DNA from: Candidatus Woesearchaeota archaeon
Lineage (GTDB): Archaea > Nanobdellota > Nanobdellia > Woesearchaeales > UBA11716
Assembly: GCA_013329175.1 (NCBI GenBank)
Contig: DUKR01000080.1
Location: 1 to 33,536 of the forward strand
Length of the DNA: 33,536 nucleotides
Direction of reading: 5' to 3'
The notes under the pieces were generated by a model, which saw only the letters and a list, made by a program, of their open reading frames with translations, searched no databases and had not been told where the DNA came from. The first letter of the stretch is position 1. Each line of letters starts with the position of its first letter. Position numbers and translations under genes: made by a program. This document shows positions 6,049 to 13,977 of the stretch, in pieces.

Positions 6049-7660
6049 AGCGATACACCCTGATAAGTTGAGTCTGGTAAACAATGCTTGCATTCTGCGC
6101 CGCCTGGCTTTCCAACTGCTGCAATTGCTGTATCTGATCAGCCCTTCCCATTGCGGCTAAATCCGAATAGTCAAAAGCGACATGGGTAAAGGTTGAGTTG
6201 ATAGGCTCCCACCCTTTAACCTCAGCAACCGTCTCATACCTGCCGATATGCTCGTACGACTGGGTTGCATAGTGCCTGCTCAATATCTGAATCCACCTCC
6301 ACTTGGGATAGGATATGGTGCCAAGGATATTCACTCCCTCAGCGGCTGGAACGTTTGATTCTATCCATGAAGCAAGCTCCATCTGCGCAGGAGTGATTCT
6401 GCTGATGCCGTCATAGGACTGCTCAAGTGTAGCATATGCCTGCATGCCCTGGGTTGAGATCACGACTGCAAGGAAAGCTATGGCAAGGGCATATGAGGCA
6501 ACCTGTTGGCCTCGCTTTGCAAGAGGGATGAATCTGGGAAGCGATGCAATGGCAACGCCCATGATGGCGTAAAAGAAGTACGGCTCTATCATCATGAACC
6601 GTGCAATCCTGTAATTGTCTGGAGTGGATAATCCAAAAAAAGGAAAGTGATACACAAGATACAGGGCAACCATTCCGCTCAACAGAAAATATTTCTTTGT
6701 TCCCTTGCTGAACAAAAGGAGGGCAATCCCCACCATAAGCAGTCCAATAGTCCAGTATCCAGGGTAACTCGTTGCATACTCGCTAAATGCCGGATTCAGG
6801 CCAAAGTTGTTTGCTGGCCTGTCAATCCAGGTGAACAGCGTAGCGACTGCCATAACCGATGGATTCTCTCCTGAGTCACCACCCAGGCCTGAAAAGTAGA
6901 TGGGATACATCATCCATGTGAGGAAAAAAAAGACGCCAAGCATAGCAAGATACTGCTTCCACAGGCTTGGCAATGCCGGCAGCTTCCTGTATGCAATGAA
7001 GAAGAATGCGATTACGATAAGGGAGTAGATGACAAGAAAGGCGGTCGCTGAGAAATGGGCAAGTGAAGAAGATGCAAGCAGGAGCATATACAGCCAGAGA
7101 TAGGCAAGGTGCTTTTTCTTCTCATCTCCATAGAATGCTGCCAGAGCCATGTACAGGGAATATGCAGTCAGGGGGATGAACACAAACGCAAAGGTGTTGT
7201 GCCTCTGCCCCCACAGGTAGGACATGATTTCCCTGAATGAGAACATAAGAGGGATAGCAGTAAGAATCGCTGGAAGAAACCCAAACAGCTTTCGCATGAC
7301 AACATACATAGAAATGCAGCCAAGAATGGACGTGAATGCTATGAACAGGAATACAGGAACTATCCGCTCACCACCAAAAATCTGCATCAGAGAATAATCA
7401 ATGTTGTACGCCGGAGGATACACAATCCCCCTCGGCCCAAGAAGTATGTTGTAGCCAGCATACCACCCTCCAAGCGATGGAGGGGTATCCCCTATGAGGT
7501 TCATGGTCCTGCCCAGGTAGGTGATGTGATCCCCATACGAGAATATGTAGGCACCGTCATGCTCTGAAAACGGCAGGTGATTGTCCTGCAGGGGGAGTGT
7601 CCAGAAAAAGAAGGAAACGGCAAACAAAATTCCAATGACAATCCAATCGCGATTATCCAT
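6041..7660 (-). CDS. Large polytopic membrane protein, GT-C-like glycosyltransferase (module A)
   Basis: 539-aa ORF with many hydrophobic segments over about 400 aa, followed by a C-terminal soluble domain of about 140 aa. An acidic first loop (SEHDGAY) follows TM1. I did not see the WWDYG oligosaccharyltransferase motif. Confidence 0.6.
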   Translation of the reverse strand: MDNRDWIVIGILFAVSFFFWTLPLQDNHLPFSEHDGAYIFSYGDHITYLGRTMNLIGDTPPSLGGWYAGYNILLGPRGIVYPPAYNIDYSLMQIFGGERIVPVFLFIAFTSILGCISMYVVMRKLFGFLPAILTAIPLMFSFREIMSYLWGQRHNTFAFVFIPLTAYSLYMALAAFYGDEKKKHLAYLWLYMLLLASSSLAHFSATAFLVIYSLIVIAFFFIAYRKLPALPSLWKQYLAMLGVFFFLTWMMYPIYFSGLGGDSGENPSVMAVATLFTWIDRPANNFGLNPAFSEYATSYPGYWTIGLLMVGIALLLFSKGTKKYFLLSGMVALYLVYHFPFFGLSTPDNYRIARFMMIEPYFFYAIMGVAIASLPRFIPLAKRGQQVASYALAIAFLAVVISTQGMQAYATLEQSYDGISRITPAQMELASWIESNVPAAEGVNILGTISYPKWRWIQILSRHYATQSYEHIGRYETVAEVKGWEPINSTFTHVAFDYSDLAAMGRADQIQQLQQLESQAAQNASIVYQTQLIRVYRYG

Positions 7661-8294
7661 TTTTCCTCAGGGAATAGACACGGTCAAGCCCGTAAAATCC
7701 CCAGTAAACAGCCGCAACCCGTAATCCTGCACCGTCTGCAGCCTTTTTAATGCTTTTCCTCCATGAATGGAAGTGCCAGAAAGCAGGAGCCATCTTAAGA
7801 TGCAGCAACTCAAGCCAACGTATGATAGGATAAGCAAGCATGTTTGGCGTGCTGATGATGATACTGCCCTGTGGCCTGAGCACCGACGAGACATTGCGAA
7901 GCACAGCGCATGGATTGTCAAAATACTCCCAATTCCCGACAAAAAGGGCATAATCATAAGGGCCATTCAGCGTGACTCCCTTCTCAACGTCGCAGAGAGC
8001 AAACCCACACGCCGCATGAGCAGACTGCGCATTCTTTGCTGCTATCTCTATCATTTTCCTGCTGTAGTCAACGCCATCACATGGCCTTCCATGCTTCGCA
8101 AGCCCAATGGAGTATTGTCCTGTTCCGCATCCGACGTCAAGCACGCGTGAACCCTCAGGAATGAGTGAGAGAAAAAAGGAGAATGTCTTTTTGAAGTAGT
8201 GCTTCACCCGCTGCTTGTCATAGTTTGTACTCTGGCTTTCGATGATATCCTTGTATCCCTCATTGCCCATGTGCTTAGGAAGCAGCAAAAGCAT
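7653..8294 (-). CDS. Class I SAM-dependent methyltransferase
   Basis: Motif I is VLDVGCGTGQYS. The 3' end overlaps the GT-C gene start by 8 nt. The internal ATG at 8270 (Met9) fits the TATA spacing better than the ATG at 8294. Confidence 0.8.
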   Translation of the reverse strand: MLLLLPKHMGNEGYKDIIESQSTNYDKQRVKHYFKKTFSFFLSLIPEGSRVLDVGCGTGQYSIGLAKHGRPCDGVDYSRKMIEIAAKNAQSAHAACGFALCDVEKGVTLNGPYDYALFVGNWEYFDNPCAVLRNVSSVLRPQGSIIISTPNMLAYPIIRWLELLHLKMAPAFWHFHSWRKSIKKAADGAGLRVAAVYWGFYGLDRVYSLRKNG

Positions 8295-8301
8295 TTAAAT
8301 A
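8294..8301. promoter_or_regulatory. Consensus-like archaeal TATA box TTTAAATA shared by divergent methyltransferase genes
   Basis: The element centre is 26.5 nt from the ATG at 8324 (plus strand) and 27.5 nt from the ATG at 8270 (minus strand). Confidence 0.5.
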
Positions 8302-8323
8302 CATTGCCAATGGAAAGTGTGCT

Positions 8324-9025
8324 ATGAATCATCTTAAAGGCATTAAGGGAGACAAAGAATTTGAGCATTCTGTAAAGGCAGCCTACAAGGAGTTTGCAGA
8401 AGAGCCTATGGATGAGAACTACAGGCATCCTGTTATAGGACTCATCTCAGGAGGGCGTGTGAGGCGGCTTCTGAGGGAAGCAGGTAACCTCAAAGGAAAA
8501 AGCCTGCTTGAAGTCGGCTGTGAAGCAGGATATGTATCCATCCAGTTCAAAAAAAAAGGCGCTACAGTCACTGCCTTTGACGTCTGCGAGCCCGCACTTG
8601 AGCGGTTCAGGCAGAAAAAAGAAAGCGCAGGGATTACTATTTTTGCTGCCGCTGCACAGAAGATTCCCCTGAAGGATAATTCCTTTGACGTTGTTGTCTG
8701 CACTGAGGTCATTGAGCACATGCCTAAGGTTGAGCAATGCATCGGGGAGATGGCAAGGGTGCTTAAGCAGGGGGGAAAGCTCTACATTACATTCCCGAAT
8801 GAAAAGCTGAGAAAGCCATTTTATCCCCTTGCACAGGCAATGGGCATCAACACAAGCATTGAAGATGAAGTGACGCTGTATGACTATAAATTCTCTTATA
8901 TTCTTAGCCTGTGCAGAAAGCACTTAAGGGTTGAAAAGAAGTTCTCCTGGCCGTTTTTTCTTCCGCTGACACGGTTTATTGTGGCAAAGAAAGAGGCCAT
9001 GACAGTAATCACTGCGCCTTCTTGA
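8324..9025 (+). CDS. Class I SAM-dependent methyltransferase (Methyltransf_11-like)
   Basis: Motif I is LLEVGCEAGYVS, followed by FDVVVCTEVIEHMP and LKQGGKLYITFPN. The 3' end overlaps the convergent reductase gene by 17 nt. Confidence 0.8.
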   Translation: MNHLKGIKGDKEFEHSVKAAYKEFAEEPMDENYRHPVIGLISGGRVRRLLREAGNLKGKSLLEVGCEAGYVSIQFKKKGATVTAFDVCEPALERFRQKKESAGITIFAAAAQKIPLKDNSFDVVVCTEVIEHMPKVEQCIGEMARVLKQGGKLYITFPNEKLRKPFYPLAQAMGINTSIEDEVTLYDYKFSYILSLCRKHLRVEKKFSWPFFLPLTRFIVAKKEAMTVITAPS

Positions 9026-9980
9026 TCTCCCCTCTCCAGTACTCAAGGAGGTCCTTAAGCGTATCCTTAAAGGCGATGGCAGGCTTCCACCCAGTCAGAT
9101 TCCTGAACTTTGAGTCATCTAGCTTTGGCCTTTCTGCATCAACGGGCCTAAACAGCTTAGGGTCAACTTCCACCTTGACTTTCACCTTGAGCGTTGAAAG
9201 CGAAAGCAGCGTGTCAAGCAGCTCATGGATACTCAGGGTTGCTTCGCCGCAGATGTTGTAGGCTTCTCCAGGCTCTCCTTTCTTTACAAGAAGACAGTAG
9301 GCCTTCACTGCATCCCTGATGTCAAGAAACGTCCGGATGGATGCAAGGTTTCCTACACGCATCACAGGCTCCTGAATGCCTGCTTCAATCTCAGCTATCT
9401 GCTTGGCAAAGGATGACTCCACAAAATGCTCATTGCGGCGAGGGCCTGTATGGGTGAGAATGCGCGTAGTTACGCTATGGATATGATAAGTATGGAAATA
9501 CTGGCGGATAAGAGCCTCACCTGCAATTTTACTTGCTGCATACATGGTGAGCGGGTCAGGCAGGGTTTCCTCGGTTATGATTTCAGAGGTGGGATGGCCA
9601 TAGACATCAGCTGACGACGCAAAATGGATTATTGGGTGAAGATTAGCAAGCCTGACTGACTCAAGCAGGTTCAGCGTTCCAAGGGCATTGACATTGAAGG
9701 TCTGCAATGGCTGCATAGTTCCTGCTGGAACAAAGGACTGCGCCGCAAGATGGAAGATGATATCAGGCTTTGCCTCTTCTATCGCCCTTCGGACTGAAAG
9801 AAAATCGCACAGCTCGCAGTCAACAAATGCAATTCCTTTCTTGATGTGCCTGATGTTATCCATAGGGCTGCGCCACCTTTTTGCCCCATAGATAGCAATA
9901 TCCCTTTCCTTAAGGAGAAGCTCAACAAGATGGCTTGCGACAAAGCCAGTGACGCCGGTGATGAATATCCGTTGTCCCAT
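9009..9980 (-). CDS. Extended SDR, GDP-4-dehydro-6-deoxy-D-mannose reductase (Rmd)-like
   Basis: 323-aa ORF with the N-terminus MGQRIFITGVTGFVASHL, YAASKIAGE (YxxxK), and the GDP-sugar SDR-like HTGPRR. It is the last gene of the gmd operon. Confidence 0.6.
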   Translation of the reverse strand: MGQRIFITGVTGFVASHLVELLLKERDIAIYGAKRWRSPMDNIRHIKKGIAFVDCELCDFLSVRRAIEEAKPDIIFHLAAQSFVPAGTMQPLQTFNVNALGTLNLLESVRLANLHPIIHFASSADVYGHPTSEIITEETLPDPLTMYAASKIAGEALIRQYFHTYHIHSVTTRILTHTGPRRNEHFVESSFAKQIAEIEAGIQEPVMRVGNLASIRTFLDIRDAVKAYCLLVKKGEPGEAYNICGEATLSIHELLDTLLSLSTLKVKVKVEVDPKLFRPVDAERPKLDDSKFRNLTGWKPAIAFKDTLKDLLEYWRGEIKKAQ

Positions 9981-9986
9981 TGGCTG

Positions 9987-11099
9987 CTACCCCTTAAACT
10001 GCCTGATGACTTTGATGACATGGTTGACTTCCTCTTCACTGCACCCTCCAAGGGGAAGCTCTATTGATTTGTTTCCAACCTCGTCTGCGCCAGGCAGCGA
10101 GACATCCCTGAACAGCGTGCGGTGATACGGCTGCCGGTGGGCAGGAAGCCAGCATATCCTGATGTCAATGTCATGCTTTATAAGAAATTTTGCAAGGCTG
10201 TCTCTATTTGTATCCTGTACCATAATGCCAAAGAACAGATAGGGGTGCATGGAGACATATGAGGGAACTTCCTGAAAGCCATAGTCGCCTCCAAGTGCTT
10301 CTTTGTAAAGGGCAACGAGCCTGTTGCGGTGGGCCACCTGAGAGTCTACTTTTTTCAGCTGCGCAAGACCAATTGCTGACTGGATGTCAGTGATGCGAAA
10401 GTTCAGCCCATAGCGGGCATAGTCGTAGTGCAGGTTCTCTTTTGAGTTATAAGGGGCACTCATTCCGTGGTTTCGGATTGATTTGCACCTTTTTGCAATC
10501 TCTGCTGAGGGGGTAAGCACGCATCCTCCTTCAATGGTTTGCAGTGATTTTGCAATGTGAAAGCTAAATGTGCTGGTATGGTCAAAGTAGCCCATAGGCT
10601 TTCCCTTATACGCTCCGCCTATGGCAGCAGCAGCATCCTCTATGAGCGCCAAGTCATGCTCCTGCGCAAAACGCTCAAAGGAGTCAACGTCAACAGGCAT
10701 CCCTGCAACATCAACAGGCATGATTGCTTTTGTAGCATCACTCAGATGCTCTTGCATAAGTTCAGGTGTGGTGTTCCACATACCTGGATCAGAATCAACA
10801 AGTATGGGGGTAGCTCCGACAGAGAACACAGAGTTGATGGAGGCGATGAAGGTCAGGGACGGGACAAGAACCTCGTCTCCTGCCCCTATGCCATGCGCAA
10901 GAAGCGCAGTAGTTAATGCAGCAGTTCCTGTTGAGACACAGACAACGTGCTTTGCGCCGGTATACTCTGAAAGCCCTTTTTCAAACTCTTCGGTGACTTT
11001 TCCCTGCGTCACCCAGCCGCTTTTGATGACTTCGATTGCAGCCTGTTTTTCCGCATTTCCAAAATCAGGTCGTGCCCATGGAACTCTCATGAGGGTCAT
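9987..11099 (-). CDS. DegT/DnrJ/EryC1/StrS-family PLP sugar aminotransferase (GDP-perosamine synthase-like or ArnB-like)
   Basis: 370-aa ORF with FEKGLSEYTGAKHVVCVSTGTAAL and the PLP-lysine context FSFHIAKSLQTIEGG. An ATGA overlap links it to the upstream GT2 gene. Confidence 0.8.
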   Translation of the reverse strand: MTLMRVPWARPDFGNAEKQAAIEVIKSGWVTQGKVTEEFEKGLSEYTGAKHVVCVSTGTAALTTALLAHGIGAGDEVLVPSLTFIASINSVFSVGATPILVDSDPGMWNTTPELMQEHLSDATKAIMPVDVAGMPVDVDSFERFAQEHDLALIEDAAAAIGGAYKGKPMGYFDHTSTFSFHIAKSLQTIEGGCVLTPSAEIAKRCKSIRNHGMSAPYNSKENLHYDYARYGLNFRITDIQSAIGLAQLKKVDSQVAHRNRLVALYKEALGGDYGFQEVPSYVSMHPYLFFGIMVQDTNRDSLAKFLIKHDIDIRICWLPAHRQPYHRTLFRDVSLPGADEVGNKSIELPLGGCSEEEVNHVIKVIRQFKG

Positions 11100-11878
11100 G
11101 CTCTCCCAGTAACTCTCAGGCGTAGTGCCCTTATCCCATAGGCAAAGGCAAGCCTGCGCATCGAAAGCGATTTTGAGTCGCCTTCAGTCCTGTAGATATA
11201 AACAAAAGGGACCTCCTTAAATGTGTACCCTTTTTTATGCACGTAATAGAGCAGGTCAAGGTCAAATGCGCCTCCTACCGAGTCGCTCTTTGGGAGAATG
11301 GAGAGGAGAACATCTTTCTTGATTGCATGAAAGACACCGGTGTAGTCTGTTGCAGGAACGCCCATGATAATCCTGATCACCCTGTTGAACAGGTTGGTGG
11401 AAAGATAATGAATAAGGGGCATCCTGCGTATGCCTCCGCCGCTTATGAATCTCGATGCAGAGACAAAATCATACATTGGAATATGAGCAAGCATGGAGGG
11501 GATAACCTTGGGAGGGTGAGAGAGGTCAGCGTCCATAAATACAATCGTTTTGCCCCTGCTGAAAATGATGCCATCGTATTGTGCTGACCAGATACCGCGC
11601 ACTCCTTTGCGGAAAACCGCAACCAGACGGGAATCTGCCTTCGCACGCAGTGCCAAAAGCTCCTGCGTCCTGTCTTTTGAGGCATCATCAACCACGACAA
11701 TCTCAAAATTCCTGCCTTTCAGAGCTGATGATATTGCGTCAATGAGCCTGATAATGTTCCCTTCCTCGTTGTAGCTGGGGATGACTACGCTGACTTCTGT
11801 TGTGCCTGGCAACCTGGATGGAGCCTCCATCACCTGCCTGCGTGTGTTTGCATAGATGATGTATTCCCTGACCATCAC
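11096..11878 (-). CDS. GT2 polyprenyl/dolichyl-phosphate sugar synthase, Dpm1-like (soluble type, no C-terminal TM)
   Basis: Motifs VSVVIPSYNEEGNI, EIVVVDDASKDRT and FMDADLSHPP (a Dpm1-type motif). The likely start is ATG 11875, with GAGGG 7 nt upstream; the ORF track begins at GTG 11878. Confidence 0.7.
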   Translation of the reverse strand: MMVREYIIYANTRRQVMEAPSRLPGTTEVSVVIPSYNEEGNIIRLIDAISSALKGRNFEIVVVDDASKDRTQELLALRAKADSRLVAVFRKGVRGIWSAQYDGIIFSRGKTIVFMDADLSHPPKVIPSMLAHIPMYDFVSASRFISGGGIRRMPLIHYLSTNLFNRVIRIIMGVPATDYTGVFHAIKKDVLLSILPKSDSVGGAFDLDLLYYVHKKGYTFKEVPFVYIYRTEGDSKSLSMRRLAFAYGIRALRLRVTGRA

Positions 11879-11914
11879 ATATCCCTCATCAAACGAAAAG
11901 CCCCCTGAATTGGC

Positions 11915-12883
11915 CTAACTTATTCTTTCCCCCTTATGCCTTTCCATGTCAGCATCTACCATCATGGTAACAAGCGCATTAAACGGTACCTTTGGCTTCC
12001 AGCCAAGCATTTTGCGTGCTTTTCCTGCGTCTCCTATGAGAGCATCCACTTCGGCAGGCCTGAAGAATCTCCTGTCCGTAACAACGTATTTCCTGTAATC
12101 AAGGCCGACATGGGAAAAAGCAATCTCGCAGAATTCCCTTACTGAGTGAGCCTCACCCGTTGCAACTACAAAATCATCGGGTGCATCCCGTTGCATCATA
12201 AGCCACATTGCCTCAACGTAGTCGCCGGCAAATCCCCAGTCCCGCCTGGCATCAAGATTCCCAAGATGCAGAACCTCCTGCAGCCCTAGCTTGATTTTCG
12301 CCACTGAGTCAGTTATTTTCCTCGTGACAAACTGCTTACCCCTTCTGGGAGATTCATGATTGAAAAGAATGCCATTGGCGCAGAACATGCCGTAGCTTTC
12401 CCTGTAGTTCTTAGCTATCCAGTACGCATAGACCTTAGCAACTCCGTACGGGCTTCTGGGGTAAAACGGGGTCGTTTCCTTTTGCGGGACCTCTACCGCC
12501 TTTCCAAACATCTCACTTGACGATGCCTGATATACTTTGATACCCTTATCAACATGGCGTACGGCCTCAAGCACCTGCAATGCACCAAGAGCGGTAACGT
12601 CGCCGGTCAGGAATGGCTGCTCAAATGATGCAGGGACAAAACTCTGGGCTGCGAGGTTATACACTTCGTCGGGCCGTATGGAGCTAAGCGCCCGAAGCAG
12701 CGATGCCTCATCTGTGAGGTCAGCACAGACCAGATGCAACCTGTCCCTGATGTGTTCAATGCGCTCAAAGGTCTCAACGCTAGACCTGCGGTAGATTCCA
12801 TGGACATCATATCCTTTAGAGAGAAGCAGTTCCGCAAGATACGAGCCATCCTGGCCCGTGATTCCTGTGATGAGTGCTTTCAT
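11915..12883 (-). CDS. gmd: GDP-mannose 4,6-dehydratase
   Basis: 322-aa ORF with [45 protein letters not shown] and [11 protein letters not shown], all typical Gmd motifs. Confidence 0.9.
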   Translation of the reverse strand: MKALITGITGQDGSYLAELLLSKGYDVHGIYRRSSVETFERIEHIRDRLHLVCADLTDEASLLRALSSIRPDEVYNLAAQSFVPASFEQPFLTGDVTALGALQVLEAVRHVDKGIKVYQASSSEMFGKAVEVPQKETTPFYPRSPYGVAKVYAYWIAKNYRESYGMFCANGILFNHESPRRGKQFVTRKITDSVAKIKLGLQEVLHLGNLDARRDWGFAGDYVEAMWLMMQRDAPDDFVVATGEAHSVREFCEIAFSHVGLDYRKYVVTDRRFFRPAEVDALIGDAGKARKMLGWKPKVPFNALVTMMVDADMERHKGERIS

Positions 12884-12905
12884 GTTTTTGCAGGTTAGCG
12901 TGAAC

Positions 12906-12915
12906 TTTATAAATA
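12906..12915. promoter_or_regulatory. TATA-like element TTTATAAATA shared by divergent gmd and GT4 genes
   Basis: The centre is about 27.5 nt from the gmd ATG (12883) and about 29.5 nt from the GT4 ATG (12940). The intergenic region is 56 bp. Confidence 0.5.
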
Positions 12916-12939
12916 TTCTCTGGCTCTTATAGCCAAATC

Positions 12940-13977
12940 ATGCAAAAAGTAAATGTGAAAAAGGTGGCTATCCTCACTCCTACCTTCTTCAGGTTCTCAG
13001 GGATTGATAGGGTGGTAGAGCTTCAGGCAGAAGAGTACGCAAAAAAGGGGTGGGAGGTTACCATTTTCTGCCTGAAGGGTGACATAAGCACAAGATACGC
13101 TACCGTTGAGAAGATAGGGTGCCCGGAGTCGCCTTCTCTTGAGAGGCTCTATCGCCTGCTATTTTTTCTTGACATCGCTACAGTGAGGAAATATTCCAGA
13201 CGGATGAAAGATTTCGACATGATCATCAGTCATCTCTATCCTATGAATGTCATCGCTCATCAGGCAAGAAAGCGCTACCCCTTAACTTATATCTACCACA
13301 ACGCAGGAATTGCATACCCCCATCTCTTCCATGGGCTTGAGCGGCTCTACATGGAGGCGTTCAGATTGCTCACAAGGCTCACTATAAGGAATGCAGATGA
13401 GATAATCTCCATTTCTCATTTTCTAAAAAGAGAACTACAAAAAGAAGGGCTTGATTCCAGAGTTGAGCATTGCAAAATTGATGCAAAGCGGTTCACCATG
13501 GAAGCTGACCCGGAATCAGTACGCAGAAAGCATAGTATCAGCGACTCTCCCCTGTTCCTGTATGTAGGGAGGGTCTCCCCGCATAAGGGCATTCATCTCC
13601 TGCTGAAGGCTTTTGCTAAAGTCAGGGAAGAGCTGCCTGATGCAAAGCTGCTCATTGTCGGCAAAAAGACCTTTGATAGATATGGTAAGCAGCTTGACAG
13701 GATTGCCTGCAAAGGTGTTCTCTTCACGGGATTTGTTCCTGATGAAGAACTGCCTGCATACTATGCAGCTGCAGATGTCTATGTAACAGCCTCTCTATGG
13801 GAAGGGTATGATCTTCCTATCAAGGAGGCAGAAGCTGTAGGGACACCCTCGGTAGCATTCGCCATAGGCGCTCACCCTGAGGTACTCACCAAAGGCGCGA
13901 TGGTCACTGAAAATGATATTGAGGGATTTGCAATTGCAATGGTTAGTGAGCACAGAAAGAGGGTGAAGGGAAAGTGA
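12940..13977 (+). CDS. GT4-family (GT-B, group 1) glycosyltransferase
   Basis: 345-aa ORF with the C-terminal domain sequence FLYVGRVSPHKGI and the EX7E-type motif SLWEGYDLPIKEAEAVGTPSV. Confidence 0.8.
   Translation: MQKVNVKKVAILTPTFFRFSGIDRVVELQAEEYAKKGWEVTIFCLKGDISTRYATVEKIGCPESPSLERLYRLLFFLDIATVRKYSRRMKDFDMIISHLYPMNVIAHQARKRYPLTYIYHNAGIAYPHLFHGLERLYMEAFRLLTRLTIRNADEIISISHFLKRELQKEGLDSRVEHCKIDAKRFTMEADPESVRRKHSISDSPLFLYVGRVSPHKGIHLLLKAFAKVREELPDAKLLIVGKKTFDRYGKQLDRIACKGVLFTGFVPDEELPAYYAAADVYVTASLWEGYDLPIKEAEAVGTPSVAFAIGAHPEVLTKGAMVTENDIEGFAIAMVSEHRKRVKGK

Noticed and set aside
5647-6063. 138-aa plus-strand ORF that is extremely Lys/Glu/Arg-rich (KKERF...EKQKKREQEKKKNGNK).
   Set aside because: It is the antisense image of the Phe/Leu-rich TM helices of the minus-strand small membrane ORF, and it starts inside the UXS-like gene in another frame. 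Its low-complexity composition is what poly-TTT/TTC codons give when read backwards.
6041-7660. The GT-C proteins as AglB/PglB-type oligosaccharyltransferases.
   Set aside because: None of the three proteins contains a WWDYG motif. Two of them show PMT_2/ArnT-like first-loop and TM patterns instead.
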